A stretch of DNA of 64,000 nt from Nitrosopumilus sp. (GCA_965214775.1 OZ243974.1:1984001-2048000), one strand, 5' to 3'. Shown: positions 1 through 11,942, numbered from the stretch's first letter. Numbers and translations are program-made. Notes: generated by a model not told the origin, from the sequence alone.

Positions 1-337
1 AACAGTGCAAGGCCCATGGTGGCCAGGACACACGTGGCAGCCAAGATGGTCAGGATCATCTGGTCCATGCTTATGACAAAGACGCCATACTCCGGACACG
101 ATCCCAAGACATACAAACTCAAGCTGGCCAGGGCAGAGGCCGCTGCTGCTGCTGCTGCTACTGCTACTGCAGCACCCAAGGTCAGGGAGAAAACAACCAA
201 GTAACGCGCACTCGCATGCAGGGAAAGGATCCCCCTGTACCCAGCGTAAGCTATAAAGCGGCCCATATTAAACTAGGCGTGGATTAGAGAGACATAGTCC
301 GCCACCGCTAAAGGGCCCGGGTGTTTTAACATAGATG
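1..337 (+). mobile_element. IS110/IS1111-type element, 3' part (transposase C-terminus to 204, downstream non-coding end, subterminal IR, core TG at 336-337)
   Basis: C-terminal peptide nearly identical to the 37522-38652 transposase; 205-337 matches the reverse complement of 37388-37521. Confidence 0.9.
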
Positions 338-515
338 GTTACGTGCGGTGTCCACCAGCTCCCTAAATTAACTCCAGAAACCCCTGATTTAACACCCTGC
401 TGAAAACCCCCGAAGATTTACCAGAGTATAAATCTAAATTATCCGATCTACCGACATGTCCCACGAAGAATCATCTACCGTAAACGTCCCAGTTCCTACA
501 GTGAGCAATCCAGGA

Positions 516-3500
516 CTATTCCACGGAGATCCTGATCTTCTGTCCGTCAATGTCGCTGTCCTGGTATTGCTTGCAGGTCTGCTCAAAGCTGATTTTTTTG
601 ACTCTGACCAAGAACGCCAGGTCCCGGGACTTTTCCCGAATCATCCCAAGGGATTCCCCGTCCAGGCCCAGGATTGACGCGACATTCAGGACGTCAGTCG
701 GGTTGTATCCTCTCTCTTTTCTTAGCGCCTGCAGCCTTCTTGCGACATCCTTTACCAGTCCCTTTGCCACCATCTCCCTGTTTCTTGCAGTCGGGATAAA
801 GACGGTATAACTGTCCCTGTGGGACACTGCATAGCCTTCTTGGGCATCAAGACCGGCTACAAAGTCCCCCGAATCAAGCGAAATCTTTTTGCCGTCCACA
901 TAAAAGTCGTATTTTGAGCTTCCTTGCAGCAAGGAGTCCACGATCTCCTCATGGTCGGTTTCCACAAACTTTGCGGCAAGCTGTCCCATGTGCCGCTTTG
1001 CCTTTGGCCCGATCTTCTTCCTGTCTAGCTCCAGTACAGATCTTACCGGCAGTCCCAGCCTTTTGAACTCCAGGATTTGCCCCAGTCCCGGATCCTTTTG
1101 CGTCGTCTCAAAGACGCGGATCCTCTCGACGTTGAGCTGGGATTGCAGCAGCTCTGAGAGCGGTTCGAGCTTTTGCTTTTGCCCCTTTCTCACGCAGATC
1201 AAGGCCTCGTTTAGCGGCCATCTTCGCTTTAGCCTTCCCTTCATTCGGGCAGCCGAGGAGACGGATACTATGTCATTCATGATGTCAAACGACTCCTCGA
1301 CCTCCTCGTCGACCAGTTCCCGGTCGTAGGCAGGCCAGCTGCCAAGCAGTATGCTGCTCTTTGGTCCTTCAAAGACTGCCTGGTAGAGGTACTCGCTTGT
1401 AAACGGGCAGAACGGATGAATCAGGACGTCCAGCGTCCTGAGGACGCTGCTCAAGACGGCATAGATCGCAAGCCTCCTGTCCTTTTTTCCGTCATCCTCG
1501 TCCCAGAGTTCCCCCTTGGTAATCGGGACGTAAACCTGGCTCAGACTGTTTATGATATAGTCCTCAAGGGCCTTTGCGGCCTCGTGGAACTTGCAGGACT
1601 GGTTTCTGTCCGTGACTCTGCGGATCAGCCCCTGGAGCTTGGACAGCAGCCAGACATCCGGCGGCGAGAGCAGGTTGTTCATCCTTGCCCATTTGATCGT
1701 CTTCCTTGATGCGTCAAAACCGTCGTACCGGCTGTTTTGCCCAAAGTAGAGATGCAGGTTAAACAGCGTGCTGACTACCTTGTACGGCCTTGACATCAGC
1801 TCGTCAGTGCTGAAGCTGAGCGGCTCGATGGGACTTGCCTTCCACACAAAGTAGAATCTGACCAGGTCTGCAGGGTATCTTTCCAGCAGCTCTGCTCCTT
1901 CCAGCACGTTTCCCTTGCTCTTGCTCATCTTCCTGCCCTTTTCGTCCAGGACGTGTCCCTGGAACAGGAATGACCTGTATGGCGGAGTCGGGCCGTCACT
2001 TAGGATCACGTTTTCAACGAGCAGCGTGTATGCCCATCCCCTGGTCTGATCGATTCCCTCAGTCAGAAACGGTGCGGGAATCTCGTCACGATACTCCCTG
2101 TCACTTAGCGACGAGAACGGCGCCGAGCCGCTGTTGTGCCAGGTATCCAAAACGTACTCTTCCCTCTTTGTGTCCGTGCCGTTGCATTTCTTGCATCTTA
2201 CCGTGATGTTGTCAATCCACGGCCTGTGCAGCTCAAAGTCATGGCCGTCAGGCAGGTTCTCAGCCGCATCGATGATCTCCTGCCTTGAGAACAGCCAGTT
2301 TCTCTCCCCGCACCCCTTGCATGTCCATACGGGAAGCGGGCACCCCCAGATCCTCTCCCTTGATATGCACCACGGATGCCTCTCCCTGACTATTCCAAGG
2401 AACCTGTTTTTTGGCTGCTCAAAAAAGTATTCCACGCTTTTGGCCGCGTCGACTGCCTTGTCATCCAGCCTGTCCAGCTTGTAAAACCAGCCCTTTCTTG
2501 CAAGCCATACGATCGGATGGCCGGACCTCCAACACAGCGGATACTTGTGCCTGATCGTGCCAATCCTGACCAGGGCGTTTTTTTCCTCCAGGTCCTGGAT
2601 GATGACCCTGTCTGCGTCCCTTACAAACATGCCCTGGTACCTCTCCCCTGCCTGCGGTGTGAATCTCACCTGATCATCGATCGGGCAGAAGATCTTGACG
2701 CCTCTCTTGTTTGCGATCCTGATGTCCTCCTCGCCGTTTGCAGGAGAGAGATGGACCAGTCCGCTGCCCGTGCTTGCATCGACAAACGGCTCTGAGACTG
2801 CGACGTGGAAGTTGTCTGCCCTTGCGCATTCGGCCAAGGCGGGAATCTCGTCAAGCAGCGGGTGCACGTATTTTTTTCCCTCAAGCTCGGATCCCTTGAC
2901 GGTCTTGAGGACGTCCCATCTCTCGATTTTTACCTCTGCCATGAAATCCTCCAGCCTGGTTTTGCCCAGAACCCATGTCTCTGTCCCCACTTTGACGTAG
3001 GCATAGTCCTCCTCGGGCTGCAGTCCCACCATTGCGTCAGTCACCAGCGTAAATGGCATCGTGGTCCATACAATCAGGTACGCATCCTCATCGGCCAGCC
3101 TTGCCTTGTAGAATAGTGACGGGTCCCTGACTTCCTCGTACCCCTGGTTGACTTCGGCATGGCTGAGGGAGGTCTGGCAGCTAGGACAGTACGCGACGAC
3201 TGTAAAGTCTTCCTCCAAGATCCCGCTCTCATGCGCCTTTTTGAGGACTTGCCATTCCCGCTCAATGAACTCGTCTCTAAACGTCCAGTATGCCTTGTCG
3301 TGGTTAAGCGACATTCCCAGCTTCTCATCGACGTCAACCCAGTCCTTGTTGTATTTCTCGACGACCTTTTTGCATTCGGAGACTATTCTCTTGATTCCAA
3401 ACTGCCTGACTGCCTCGGTCTTGCCGCCGGTCACCCCCAGCTCCTTTTCAGCCTGCAGTTCCACAGGGAGTCCCTGGGCGTCCCATCCGCCGTTAAACTC

Positions 3501-3728
3501 AATCTTTTTGCCCTGCAGCGTGCTGAACCTGTACCACAGGTCCTTGATGACTCTGCCCCTCAGGTGTCCTGCGTGCGGAATGCCGTTCATCGTCGGCGGG
3601 CCCTCTATGAACCGGATCTTTTCAGGCCTGTCTGATTCAAAGATTTGTCTTTCCAGATCAATTGATTTGAGGTATTCTCTGGCATCGGACTCTATCCTCT
3701 TTGCGTCGAATTTCGGGTACAGTTCCAT
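516..3728 (-). CDS. ileS: isoleucine--tRNA ligase
   Basis: GPP..HAGH (HIGH) motif, WTTxP, KMSKS; start placed at MELYPKF because the upstream ORF extension runs into a MITE. Confidence 0.95.
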   Translation of the reverse strand: MELYPKFDAKRIESDAREYLKSIDLERQIFESDRPEKIRFIEGPPTMNGIPHAGHLRGRVIKDLWYRFSTLQGKKIEFNGGWDAQGLPVELQAEKELGVTGGKTEAVRQFGIKRIVSECKKVVEKYNKDWVDVDEKLGMSLNHDKAYWTFRDEFIEREWQVLKKAHESGILEEDFTVVAYCPSCQTSLSHAEVNQGYEEVRDPSLFYKARLADEDAYLIVWTTMPFTLVTDAMVGLQPEEDYAYVKVGTETWVLGKTRLEDFMAEVKIERWDVLKTVKGSELEGKKYVHPLLDEIPALAECARADNFHVAVSEPFVDASTGSGLVHLSPANGEEDIRIANKRGVKIFCPIDDQVRFTPQAGERYQGMFVRDADRVIIQDLEEKNALVRIGTIRHKYPLCWRSGHPIVWLARKGWFYKLDRLDDKAVDAAKSVEYFFEQPKNRFLGIVRERHPWCISRERIWGCPLPVWTCKGCGERNWLFSRQEIIDAAENLPDGHDFELHRPWIDNITVRCKKCNGTDTKREEYVLDTWHNSGSAPFSSLSDREYRDEIPAPFLTEGIDQTRGWAYTLLVENVILSDGPTPPYRSFLFQGHVLDEKGRKMSKSKGNVLEGAELLERYPADLVRFYFVWKASPIEPLSFSTDELMSRPYKVVSTLFNLHLYFGQNSRYDGFDASRKTIKWARMNNLLSPPDVWLLSKLQGLIRRVTDRNQSCKFHEAAKALEDYIINSLSQVYVPITKGELWDEDDGKKDRRLAIYAVLSSVLRTLDVLIHPFCPFTSEYLYQAVFEGPKSSILLGSWPAYDRELVDEEVEESFDIMNDIVSVSSAARMKGRLKRRWPLNEALICVRKGQKQKLEPLSELLQSQLNVERIRVFETTQKDPGLGQILEFKRLGLPVRSVLELDRKKIGPKAKRHMGQLAAKFVETDHEEIVDSLLQGSSKYDFYVDGKKISLDSGDFVAGLDAQEGYAVSHRDSYTVFIPTARNREMVAKGLVKDVARRLQALRKERGYNPTDVLNVASILGLDGESLGMIREKSRDLAFLVRVKKISFEQTCKQYQDSDIDGQKIRISVE

Positions 3729-3789
3729 CGGATCTTGGTGTTGCAGCGGCAAATTTAAACTTCTAAAAGACTGCCACAGACGCAGAATC

Positions 3790-3903
3790 GTAACTGATCG
3801 GGCTCTGGAAGCTGTTTCTGATTTTAGGCACAAATTCTGTTGTTTGAACGGCCCTTTTTGGTGGCAAAATTCACACCCGAGCTTCAGAATCACGAACTGT
3901 TAC
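3790..3903 (-). mobile_element. IS66-derived MITE (GTAAC...GTTAC family); extra degenerate end at 3950-3979
   Basis: reverse-complement homolog of 63518-63628 and 51885-51995; ends match the IS66 at 49084-52998. Confidence 0.8.
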
Positions 3904-4115
3904 TATTTTTTAGGAATCGCCTGATGAAGAGAAGTTGTTGTCAAAACCACGCCTGAGCTTCAAAATCACAAGCTGTTACTGCAAGAGAGTTTTTGGCAAG
4001 TTCTTGTTTTTCTACAGGATGATTTCTCCAGTATCTGGCAGGTTCATCTTTCCAAGCCTCAAGGAATTCCGCAGATCAAACAAATCTGAATTGGCTTGCC
4101 ATTCAAATCACTCAA

Positions 4116-4406
4116 TTATTCTTCAAAATTCAGTGCGAATTTATCTTTTGGCAGTACAGGGGGCTTCTCACCAGATTGTTTTAACTTCTTTATCTTGCCG
4201 TGTACCTGTTGATAATTCAACCCAACTGTTTTTTCTATTCTTTCTTGATATTCCTTAAACATATTGAGTATGGAATCTATGTGTTTTTTTACTGACTTCT
4301 CTCTGTCAGTTTGTGGAGGCGTAAGGGTTTTTTGTAAATATTTCAGATTTTTGCTAATCTCATGCATGTGCAGTACAAATGATTCTTTTTGTGTAAAATC
4401 GTTCAT
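4116..4406 (-). CDS. small hypothetical protein
   Basis: 96-aa low-GC ORF directly downstream of the secreted protein gene. Confidence 0.6.
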   Translation of the reverse strand: MNDFTQKESFVLHMHEISKNLKYLQKTLTPPQTDREKSVKKHIDSILNMFKEYQERIEKTVGLNYQQVHGKIKKLKQSGEKPPVLPKDKFALNFEE

Positions 4407-4452
4407 AATAAATCATCCATCATAACAATATATAAATAAAAAAAGGCGGGAA

Positions 4453-5187
4453 TTATGCCCGATGAAGTCCTCTCCAATCTCTATTGCCTGACGTATCAGA
4501 CCCTGTTAATGGTTCGTATGTGGTTTGAACTGACCAGCTTAGAAAATCTCCGTCATCAACTCCACAATTGCAAGTCTGGATAATGTTTCCAACTTCTTGA
4601 TTATCGGTCTTCATTGTACATGATAATCCTTTTGTATTGTTTCTAGTGATGAAGTCGATTTCTTCAAAATGGACATTGTTGCAAAATGGCCAAAACCAGC
4701 CCACACTTTTAGCATCAGGTACATCCCAATCCCAACTTATGGTGTCTGTACCGGTGTTGATTGTTCCAGTAATTGTTTCTGATGCAGAGAGAATTGTGCT
4801 GTTATCACATGCATTGTGATAATCATTTACTGATATTTGTGAACCTGTTGTAATTGCTCTTGTTAAGGCACTAGGGCTTGGAGCGTATTCTGTTTCTTGT
4901 TGTGCAAGTTCGGTAGCTCTTACTTCAGCTCTGTCTTGTTTTTCTTCTATTTCGGCTATCTCTGCACGAATAGATTCCTGTATTTCTTCAGATTCTGTTG
5001 CTCTAAGATTGTCTTTAAGTTGTTGACGTGTAACTTCAAGTGAATTGTATTTTGCAATAAGCTTGTCTATCTCATCACTGATATTGTATTGTTTCTCTGC
5101 TACTGCATAATCCACCATTGAGAATGGCAGAATCATTGCAGCAATCAAGGATGCAAACAGGATTGTTTTTGCTGTTTTTGCAGTCAT
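4453..5187 (-). CDS. secreted protein (signal peptide, coiled coil, Cys-containing C-terminal domain)
   Basis: leader KTILFASLIAAMILPFS; TATA-like TTATATAA upstream. Confidence 0.8.
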   Translation of the reverse strand: MTAKTAKTILFASLIAAMILPFSMVDYAVAEKQYNISDEIDKLIAKYNSLEVTRQQLKDNLRATESEEIQESIRAEIAEIEEKQDRAEVRATELAQQETEYAPSPSALTRAITTGSQISVNDYHNACDNSTILSASETITGTINTGTDTISWDWDVPDAKSVGWFWPFCNNVHFEEIDFITRNNTKGLSCTMKTDNQEVGNIIQTCNCGVDDGDFLSWSVQTTYEPLTGSDTSGNRDWRGLHRA

Positions 5188-5232
5188 TGCAACACGGAGA
5201 CCGCTATGTTATATAACCAACATGGTTCATTT

Positions 5233-6478
5233 CAGTAGTTCCGATTGTGGCCTGAAAATAAGGCAAATTGACAGATTTTTATGATCACTTGGATCTATAG
5301 GGGGAACTTTTAGCAATTTCTCCATGACAAAAAGTGCCAGGGCCGCTCAAAAGCCGTACGGACACAGGGAGCGCAAGATGTTCCAGAACGCCGTCTCGGC
5401 AGTAGGCATGAAGTTCTCTGACAGACACAACGCAATATACGATGAAACGGATGCAGCTGCGCTTCTGGCAACGATGTCCAAGGAGCGCATGTGCGCAGAA
5501 CAGGCCGCAGAGATACTCCGGGACTCTGCAGGCCGCAGCCCCGGCGCCGACTGGCTGCTTGGCAAGCTGGGCCAGGTGGACTATGAGACGATGCACAAGA
5601 GGGCCGACAAGATCCTGCGCAGGACCGTCACAGACTCCATCAAAGGTGGCCTGATTGGAAAATCCCCGATCATAGCCATCGACAAGACCAAGATCCCGCG
5701 GTACGACCGCAATCCGGACATGACCCACAAGATAAAGTACAGGGGGCCGGGCACCCGCACGGCTGAGGCATACATCACTGCAAGAACAGTAGGACAAAAG
5801 CACCAGACGCACCTTGCGTGCCTTCCGGTGACCAGGGACGCGTTTAACCCCGAATTCGTGCGTAAATTGCTGCAAACCATCAAGAGAATGCACATCAGGC
5901 CGCAGATGGTCCTGATGGACAAGGAGTTTTACTCAGTTGACGTACTCAACACGATAAATAATGCAGGATTGCGGTTCATGACTCCTGCAGTATGCACCAA
6001 GGGAGTTGAGAGGGCCATACAGGAGCACATAGACGGGCACAGGGATGCAGTCAGCAAGTATACCATATCCTCTGGCAGCAGCAAGATAAGATGCAACCTG
6101 ATAATACTGGAAAGGGAGGATAAAAACAAGAAAAAGTTCCACATCGCCTTTGTCACCAACATGACCAACTGCATGCCGGAGGATTTGTTTGAGCTTCCCG
6201 AGGAGTACCGCAAGAGGTGGGGAATAGAGACCGGATACCGGGACGTCAAGAGGGCCATGCCGCGCACCTGCAGTCGGAACGATGCCATAAGACTCATACT
6301 GTTCTACCTGTCGCTTGGAATGTCTAACATCTGGATGATCGCAAGATCATGGTGCAAAAAAAAGAAGATCAAGCTCAAGGTGCTGCTTGCCCGGATTATA
6401 AGATGGTGTATGAGACCATGGAACAAAAAGCCCCCCGATCCGGGCTAGGGCAGGCCGGGGTCACAATCGGAACTACTG
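5233..6478 (+). mobile_element. ISH3-type (IS4-like) element, apparently intact
   Basis: TIR CAGTAGTTCCGATTGTG at both ends; direct repeat TCATTT on both flanks. Confidence 0.9.
5324..6448 (+). CDS. ISH3-family DDE transposase
   Basis: IAIDKT, MDKEFYS and YRKRWGIETGYR motifs. Confidence 0.9.
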   Translation: MTKSARAAQKPYGHRERKMFQNAVSAVGMKFSDRHNAIYDETDAAALLATMSKERMCAEQAAEILRDSAGRSPGADWLLGKLGQVDYETMHKRADKILRRTVTDSIKGGLIGKSPIIAIDKTKIPRYDRNPDMTHKIKYRGPGTRTAEAYITARTVGQKHQTHLACLPVTRDAFNPEFVRKLLQTIKRMHIRPQMVLMDKEFYSVDVLNTINNAGLRFMTPAVCTKGVERAIQEHIDGHRDAVSKYTISSGSSKIRCNLIILEREDKNKKKFHIAFVTNMTNCMPEDLFELPEEYRKRWGIETGYRDVKRAMPRTCSRNDAIRLILFYLSLGMSNIWMIARSWCKKKKIKLKVLLARIIRWCMRPWNKKPPDPG

Positions 6479-6544
6479 TCATTTGCATTCATTTGCGTTC
6501 ACTTGTAATACAAAATAAATAGCCCTGATCCCAAAAAATGCAGA

Positions 6545-7123
6545 TTGGCACCAAAACCGCATTCCAGAAAGGACAGCGGCGGCAATACGAAAAACTTTTC
6601 CCTGCGTGTTCCAGACGACGTGATGGCAGCCCTGGAGTCCGATGCCGCCCATCGGGGCATCTCTGTTAACTCCATGCTGAACAGCATCCTCAGGAGGTAC
6701 GCAAGGTTTGACCGGCACGTGCAAAAACTCGGCATGATTACCGTTCCCAAGGAGACAATTCCGGCTCTTTTTTCCGATGACGACGAAGGACGGATCCATG
6801 CCTTGGTCGACGGCATTTTCCCGATCTTCCGTCAGGCAGTGATGTTCATCAAGGGCGGGTACGATCTCAAGCGCTGCATCGAAACGCTGGAGGAGTACAT
6901 GCAGACGACGGGCATGGCCTCCAAGCACACAGTCGAGGGGCCAGTCCACTGCTTTACCATACAGCACGGCATGGGATCTGCCTGGTCGGTGTTCGTAAGG
7001 GTCATGCTGGGACGGCTGTTTGCAGAATTCATGCCTGACAAAAAGGTGGATTATGATGTGCATGAGAGCACGGTATCTGTTAGAATTTCATTGGGTGCAG
7101 ACTGGGACGAACACGATTACTAG
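6545..7123 (+). CDS. ribbon-helix-helix DNA-binding protein
   Basis: N-terminal FSLRVPDDV..GISVNS RHH signature. Confidence 0.7.
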   Translation: MAPKPHSRKDSGGNTKNFSLRVPDDVMAALESDAAHRGISVNSMLNSILRRYARFDRHVQKLGMITVPKETIPALFSDDDEGRIHALVDGIFPIFRQAVMFIKGGYDLKRCIETLEEYMQTTGMASKHTVEGPVHCFTIQHGMGSAWSVFVRVMLGRLFAEFMPDKKVDYDVHESTVSVRISLGADWDEHDY

Positions 7124-7459
7124 CGAATAGACCTTATGCATAATCACCTGGATCGAAAAATCCCGATCGCACGTAGATCATTCTTGCAAATCCATGGTGA
7201 CGATTGAAAGTTCGCGAACACATACGGGCATGAACTACGCAGGAAGGATGCCTTTTGATGATCAAAGACTTTCAATCGCCACTACGGTTCGATTATATGA
7301 TGTGCATGGAAGCGGCAGACGCCGCATACCGCATTATTACGAACCCGTTGGACTAGCAGGAATCATAACGCAGTGCGTAGTCCATCCATAAAAAAACGCA
7401 TGTCATTGACACTGTTTTTGGCCCACGGATCCAAGATCAGGCAAACCACACACACGTGC

Positions 7460-8767
7460 ATGGAAAAACAGGCAGAATTCGCAGTATAGCAACGGTCATA
7501 AGTAATTGAGGGCTTTGACCGGCGATCTGTAAATGTACTTGTACATGCAAAGGTGAGTAAATGACACCGTCCTGTAATACTCGGATATGGTGTGCCGCAG
7601 CTCGCTGATCCTTCTGTACACTATCCCCCTGAAAACAAAATGCTTGCCCAGGTTCCAGCATTCTTCCACGATATTGAGGTACGGCGATCCCTTCGGGATC
7701 ATTATCAGTCTGACATAGGGATGGTCGGCCAGATATTTTGCGACATCAGTAGATCTGTGCACACTCCATCTATCGCAAAAGACGGCAACCTTGCCAAACT
7801 TGGCGCGCAGCGCCTCCAGACATTCTATAAACTGCACCGACGTAAACGATCCCGTAAACGTCCTGAACAGCTGCCTGCCGTCTTCTGCTATACTTCCAAA
7901 CACGGCCACCTTTGTGTGGTCTCCAGAGTACGATGCCACGCTTCTGGTGCCGACCGGACCCCATACGTATCTGTCGTATGCGCCCTGCACAAAGAACGAC
8001 TCATCAGCTGACACTAACGTAAAACCGTCGTTTTTCAGGCACGGAATCCGCACATTTTCAAGATACCGCTGCCACGAGTATACCAAGCTTGGGGTGGCAT
8101 GGTTGACATGCACGTTTTGCACCTTGCGGCACGACAGGCCGTGCCGGCGCATCAGTCTTCGGACGTGTCCTGTGCTGTATTCTGTCCCGGTGGCATCCCT
8201 TATGTCATCGTGCATCACCGTCATGACATCAGTACTTTTGCATGCAGTGGACAGGTCCATTATGGCTTCAATACTTTCTCTGTCCACCTTTGGTCTGCAT
8301 CCGGAACGGGGAAGATCCCGGAGGCCGTCTATGCCGTCCTCCGAGAACCTAGCAAGCCAGTTGCGCACGGAATTCTCACTGCACCGGATCCTTCTTGCAG
8401 TCTCAGGCACGCTCACGTCGTCTTCTAGCACATACATCAGCGCCATGATCTTCTTGTAGACTTTGGCATCCTTTTCTTTGCGCATGGCCTCTGACAGGCT
8501 TTTGTCCGTTTCTTTTGCCATGCCATTGCACCGGCTAGGCGATCCATATACCTTTCGAATGATCCCGTTTTGGCTCAAAGACTTATGCTCGTTGCTATAG
8601 TAAGTTACGATGGGATGGAGTTAGTATTTGACAAGTATCATAAAGATGATCTATACGAGATTCAGAAAAAGCTTGTGGGGTTTTATCCTAATGCAACAAA
8701 GATAGAGCTAAGTGTTCTTACTGAGGATATGCCTTGTGGAAACTATGATGTGGACGATAAAAACTGA
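7460..8767 (+). pseudogene. small hypothetical gene interrupted by IS630
   Basis: removing the IS and one TA restores the frame MEKQAEFAVVSYDGMELVFDKY... Confidence 0.5.
7487..8597 (-). mobile_element. IS630-family element (family A); transposase ORF 7496-8578
   Basis: TIR TAGCAACG..., TA flanks, HTH plus SADES / DRWSVH / SPYLNIVE motifs. Confidence 0.9.
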
Positions 8768-9006
8768 GATTAACATTAGTTGGCCTACTTATTTTCTGAT
8801 CCAAAGTGCAGATAAATTAAATATGACAAAGACCAATACTGCTAACACCTCCACTACAATGTCCACATCCAAGGCATGCATCACAGCTGCAGTGTTTTGC
8901 TGCCTCTTGGCATTTTTTGTTCCGGAATCTGTTAGTTTGTTGCATAACCCTTCCTAAAATTTGAAATCTGATCGAAAATCACCAAAATGATCAACTAATC
9001 CTTACC

Positions 9007-10301
9007 GGCGTTGTCCGGAATTTTTCCAGAAATCTACCGATAAGCTTATAGATCATAAGCGCAGGATGCGACAACCTTATGGATCATAGGATCGACGTCC
9101 CCGTATCAATGAAATCAAAGACCAACAAGAAGGAATCCAAGAAGGAATCCAAGAAGGAATCCAAGAAGGAATCCAAGAAGGAATCCAAGAAGGAATCCAG
9201 CAAGACCAGCAAGAAAAAAAAGTCAGAGTACACGAGACCTCCGGAATACTATGCCGAGTACGAGAAAAAAAGGAGAGAGGACAGCAAGAGGTGCGGCATC
9301 GGAATCAAAAAGATCCGCAAGATCCTCCTGTCCCTCCTCCATAACACAGAGCAAGAGGATGAAATTCCCTATCTTCTGTGCGTACTCGACATGGAGTACC
9401 GCGGAAACTCGTATCGCAGGCACGTCGAATACATGGAGTCGAATCCTGGTTCAACTAACATGTACGGGCTCAAAAAGGTTCCGGCCAAGTCGACACTGCA
9501 TGATGCAGCCGTAAGGATAGCTGCCTGGGACAAGTCGGTGCTAAGATCGGTACTCTCAGAACAGGCAGGCGCAGACGCCAGGGGAACGTTGCTTGGCGAC
9601 TCTAGCGGTTTCTCCATAATGAGATACCACACATGGGAGGACGCAAAGAAGGGCGTCATATCCAGGCAGATGTTTGCCAAGCTGCACATACTGTTGGCCC
9701 CGCACGGCAAGATTGCCGCCTGCGAGGTGACGCCGGGCGAATTCCATGATTCCCCGGTGTTCCGTGACGAGCTGCTGCCGCAGGTTCCCAACGGCACAGG
9801 ACACGTGATCCTGGATGCCGCATACGACTCGTATGAGAACTGCAGGGTCATAGCCGACGGAGGCAGAACCCCAGTGATATGTCCGCGTACAGGATATACG
9901 GTTCACGGGTTCAACGCCCGCTCCAAGATGCTAAGATGGCACAAAAAGGACCCCGAGGGATTCGAGAAGACGTACCACCAGCGCAGCCTCGTTGAGTCGG
10001 CCTTCTCGTCGATAAAGGCAAGGTTTGACTCCACGGTGCGCGCCATGTCGCTTCCGATGCAGTCGCTCAGGCTTACCCTCAAGGTATTCTGCTACAATCT
10101 GGTCAGCTAGGATCCATAATGCCGGTACGGTGGAATCGTCCGGCTAGCGGATGCTATGCAGTATGACGTCAAAACACGGGCCATAACTGCACAATGCGGG
10201 CCGGAGTGCGGATTCGTCTCTATGTTTGCAGTCATTGCGCCATGATTTTGTACAAATCTCCCCGGAAATCACGTCCTAAAATCACGATTCCGGACAACGC
10301 C
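9007..10301 (+). mobile_element. IS5-family element; transposase 9079-10110
   Basis: TIR GGCGTTGTCCGGAAT; GDSSG, KLH, DAAYD and YHQRSLVES motifs. Confidence 0.88.
9127..9198 (+). repeat. 12-bp tandem repeat (AAGAAGGAATCC)x6 encoding KKES
   Basis: seen directly in the sequence. Confidence 0.95.
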
Positions 10302-10409
10302 GGTTTTGCCTTAACACTTTTCATGTATGAGGTCACCTATTCCCCCACATTAGGTCAAATATTGATGACGATGCCGATCCTTATACCATGATCGCGTATA
10401 CTAGACATT

Positions 10410-11942
10410 ATGAAAGGTCAACCCTCCACATACTGTGAGATCGAGGCATCTATAGCATCGTCGACGGAGAAGATACAGAGTCTGGAAAAGGGAATCAAGG
10501 AACGTGACAACATCATCAAGGAACAGGGCAACATCATCAAGGAACGTGACACGACCATTGAGAAACTAAACAATATAATCAAGGATCAGGGCGGCAGGCT
10601 CCGATACTACGAGAACTCGCCCCCGTCGGCAGACTCGCTTGCGTGGAAGGAGTAAAAGGCACAGAGGAAAAAGGAGAGGGCCCGATCCGATGCTGCAGCC
10701 GGGAATGACGGCACCAGGAATAACAGGAAAAAGCCCGGCGGCCAAAAGGGCCACAAGGGCGTATCGCGCGTCCACCGGCCCACCCGGGTACAAAGGCACT
10801 ACTTTCCGGGCGGACAGGCGCCAGAGTGCTGGTGCGGCACCCCCACGAAGATCATGAACAGGTCGCAGACACGCGACATGATTGGATTTGAGATCAAGGC
10901 GATTGAGACTCGCCACGAGTCGCAGAGGGCAGTATGCCCAAAATGCGGCACGTATCATATTGCCCCCAACGGCCTGCCCCGATGCGGCAACTACGACACG
11001 AGCGTGGTCACAGCCGTCACCAAGCTGCGCAGCGAGGGCGTTCCATACAGCAGGATCCCAGGCATCCTGTCAGATATCACGGGCGTGGACATGTCAAAGT
11101 CAACTGCAATCAACAACGTGGGGCGCGTCTGCGAGGCCGCAAAGGCGCCTGCCGAGGCCATCGCAAAGGAGGTAAGGAGCTCAAAGACCGTCTGCATAGA
11201 CGAGACGGGGATCAACCTGGCAGGCAAGACGGGGTGGGTGTGGACCATACTGTCAGCAGCAGGCATACTCATGATATACAACAATACAAGGAAGGCCCTG
11301 GTTCTGGACCAGTACATGAGCGGGTACAAGGGCGTCGTCACATCGGACGGATATCCCGCATACAAGAGGTTCGATCCGGGAGGAAGACACCAGCGGTGCT
11401 GGGCGCACGAGCTGCGATCCCTCCTGTATGGTTCGCAGAAAAAGGACGCCCCGCTGTTTGCAGGGATCCTGTACCGGCAGGGGCAGCAGTTGTTCAGGGA
11501 CGCCAAGGCGTGTCTGGAAGGGTGGGACAAGCTGTCCCCCGAGGATCTCCTAGATCTTGAGGAGAGGACGGGGATAAGGGCCGCCGACGGGCTGATGGGC
11601 CGGCACTCGCCGGAGCTGCGCCGGCTGTTTGAGACCAACATGCGCAACGTCCTGTTCGGATACAGGGATACGCAGGACGAATCGTTGAAAGCTCTTGTCA
11701 GGCGGATGTACAATGCCCTGCCTGGCCTGTTTGCATTCCTGGAATACGAGGACGTAGAGCCCACCAACAATTCTGCAGAGCGGGCGCTGCGCCCCGTCGT
11801 ATTGCAGGACAAGATAAGCGGCCAGATCAAGGGCGGCCTGGTCTGGATGGACAGGTACGGATGGCTCAATACATGCACCTCGACGTGGAAGCTGCAGGGC
11901 AAGTCCATCATGGTTGAGGTAGCCAAAATAATTCAGGGGTAG
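10410..11942 (+). pseudogene. IS66-family transposase, disrupted in its 5' part
   Basis: coiled coil, NSPPS, KPGGQKGHKG in a shifted frame, DETG, SDGY, CWAH, TNNSAERALR. Confidence 0.85.

Noticed and set aside
3729-3893. N-terminal extension of IleRS
   Set aside because: chance open frame running through a MITE
9127-9198. possible CRISPR or iteron array
   Set aside because: coding 12-bp KKES repeat in the IS5 transposase
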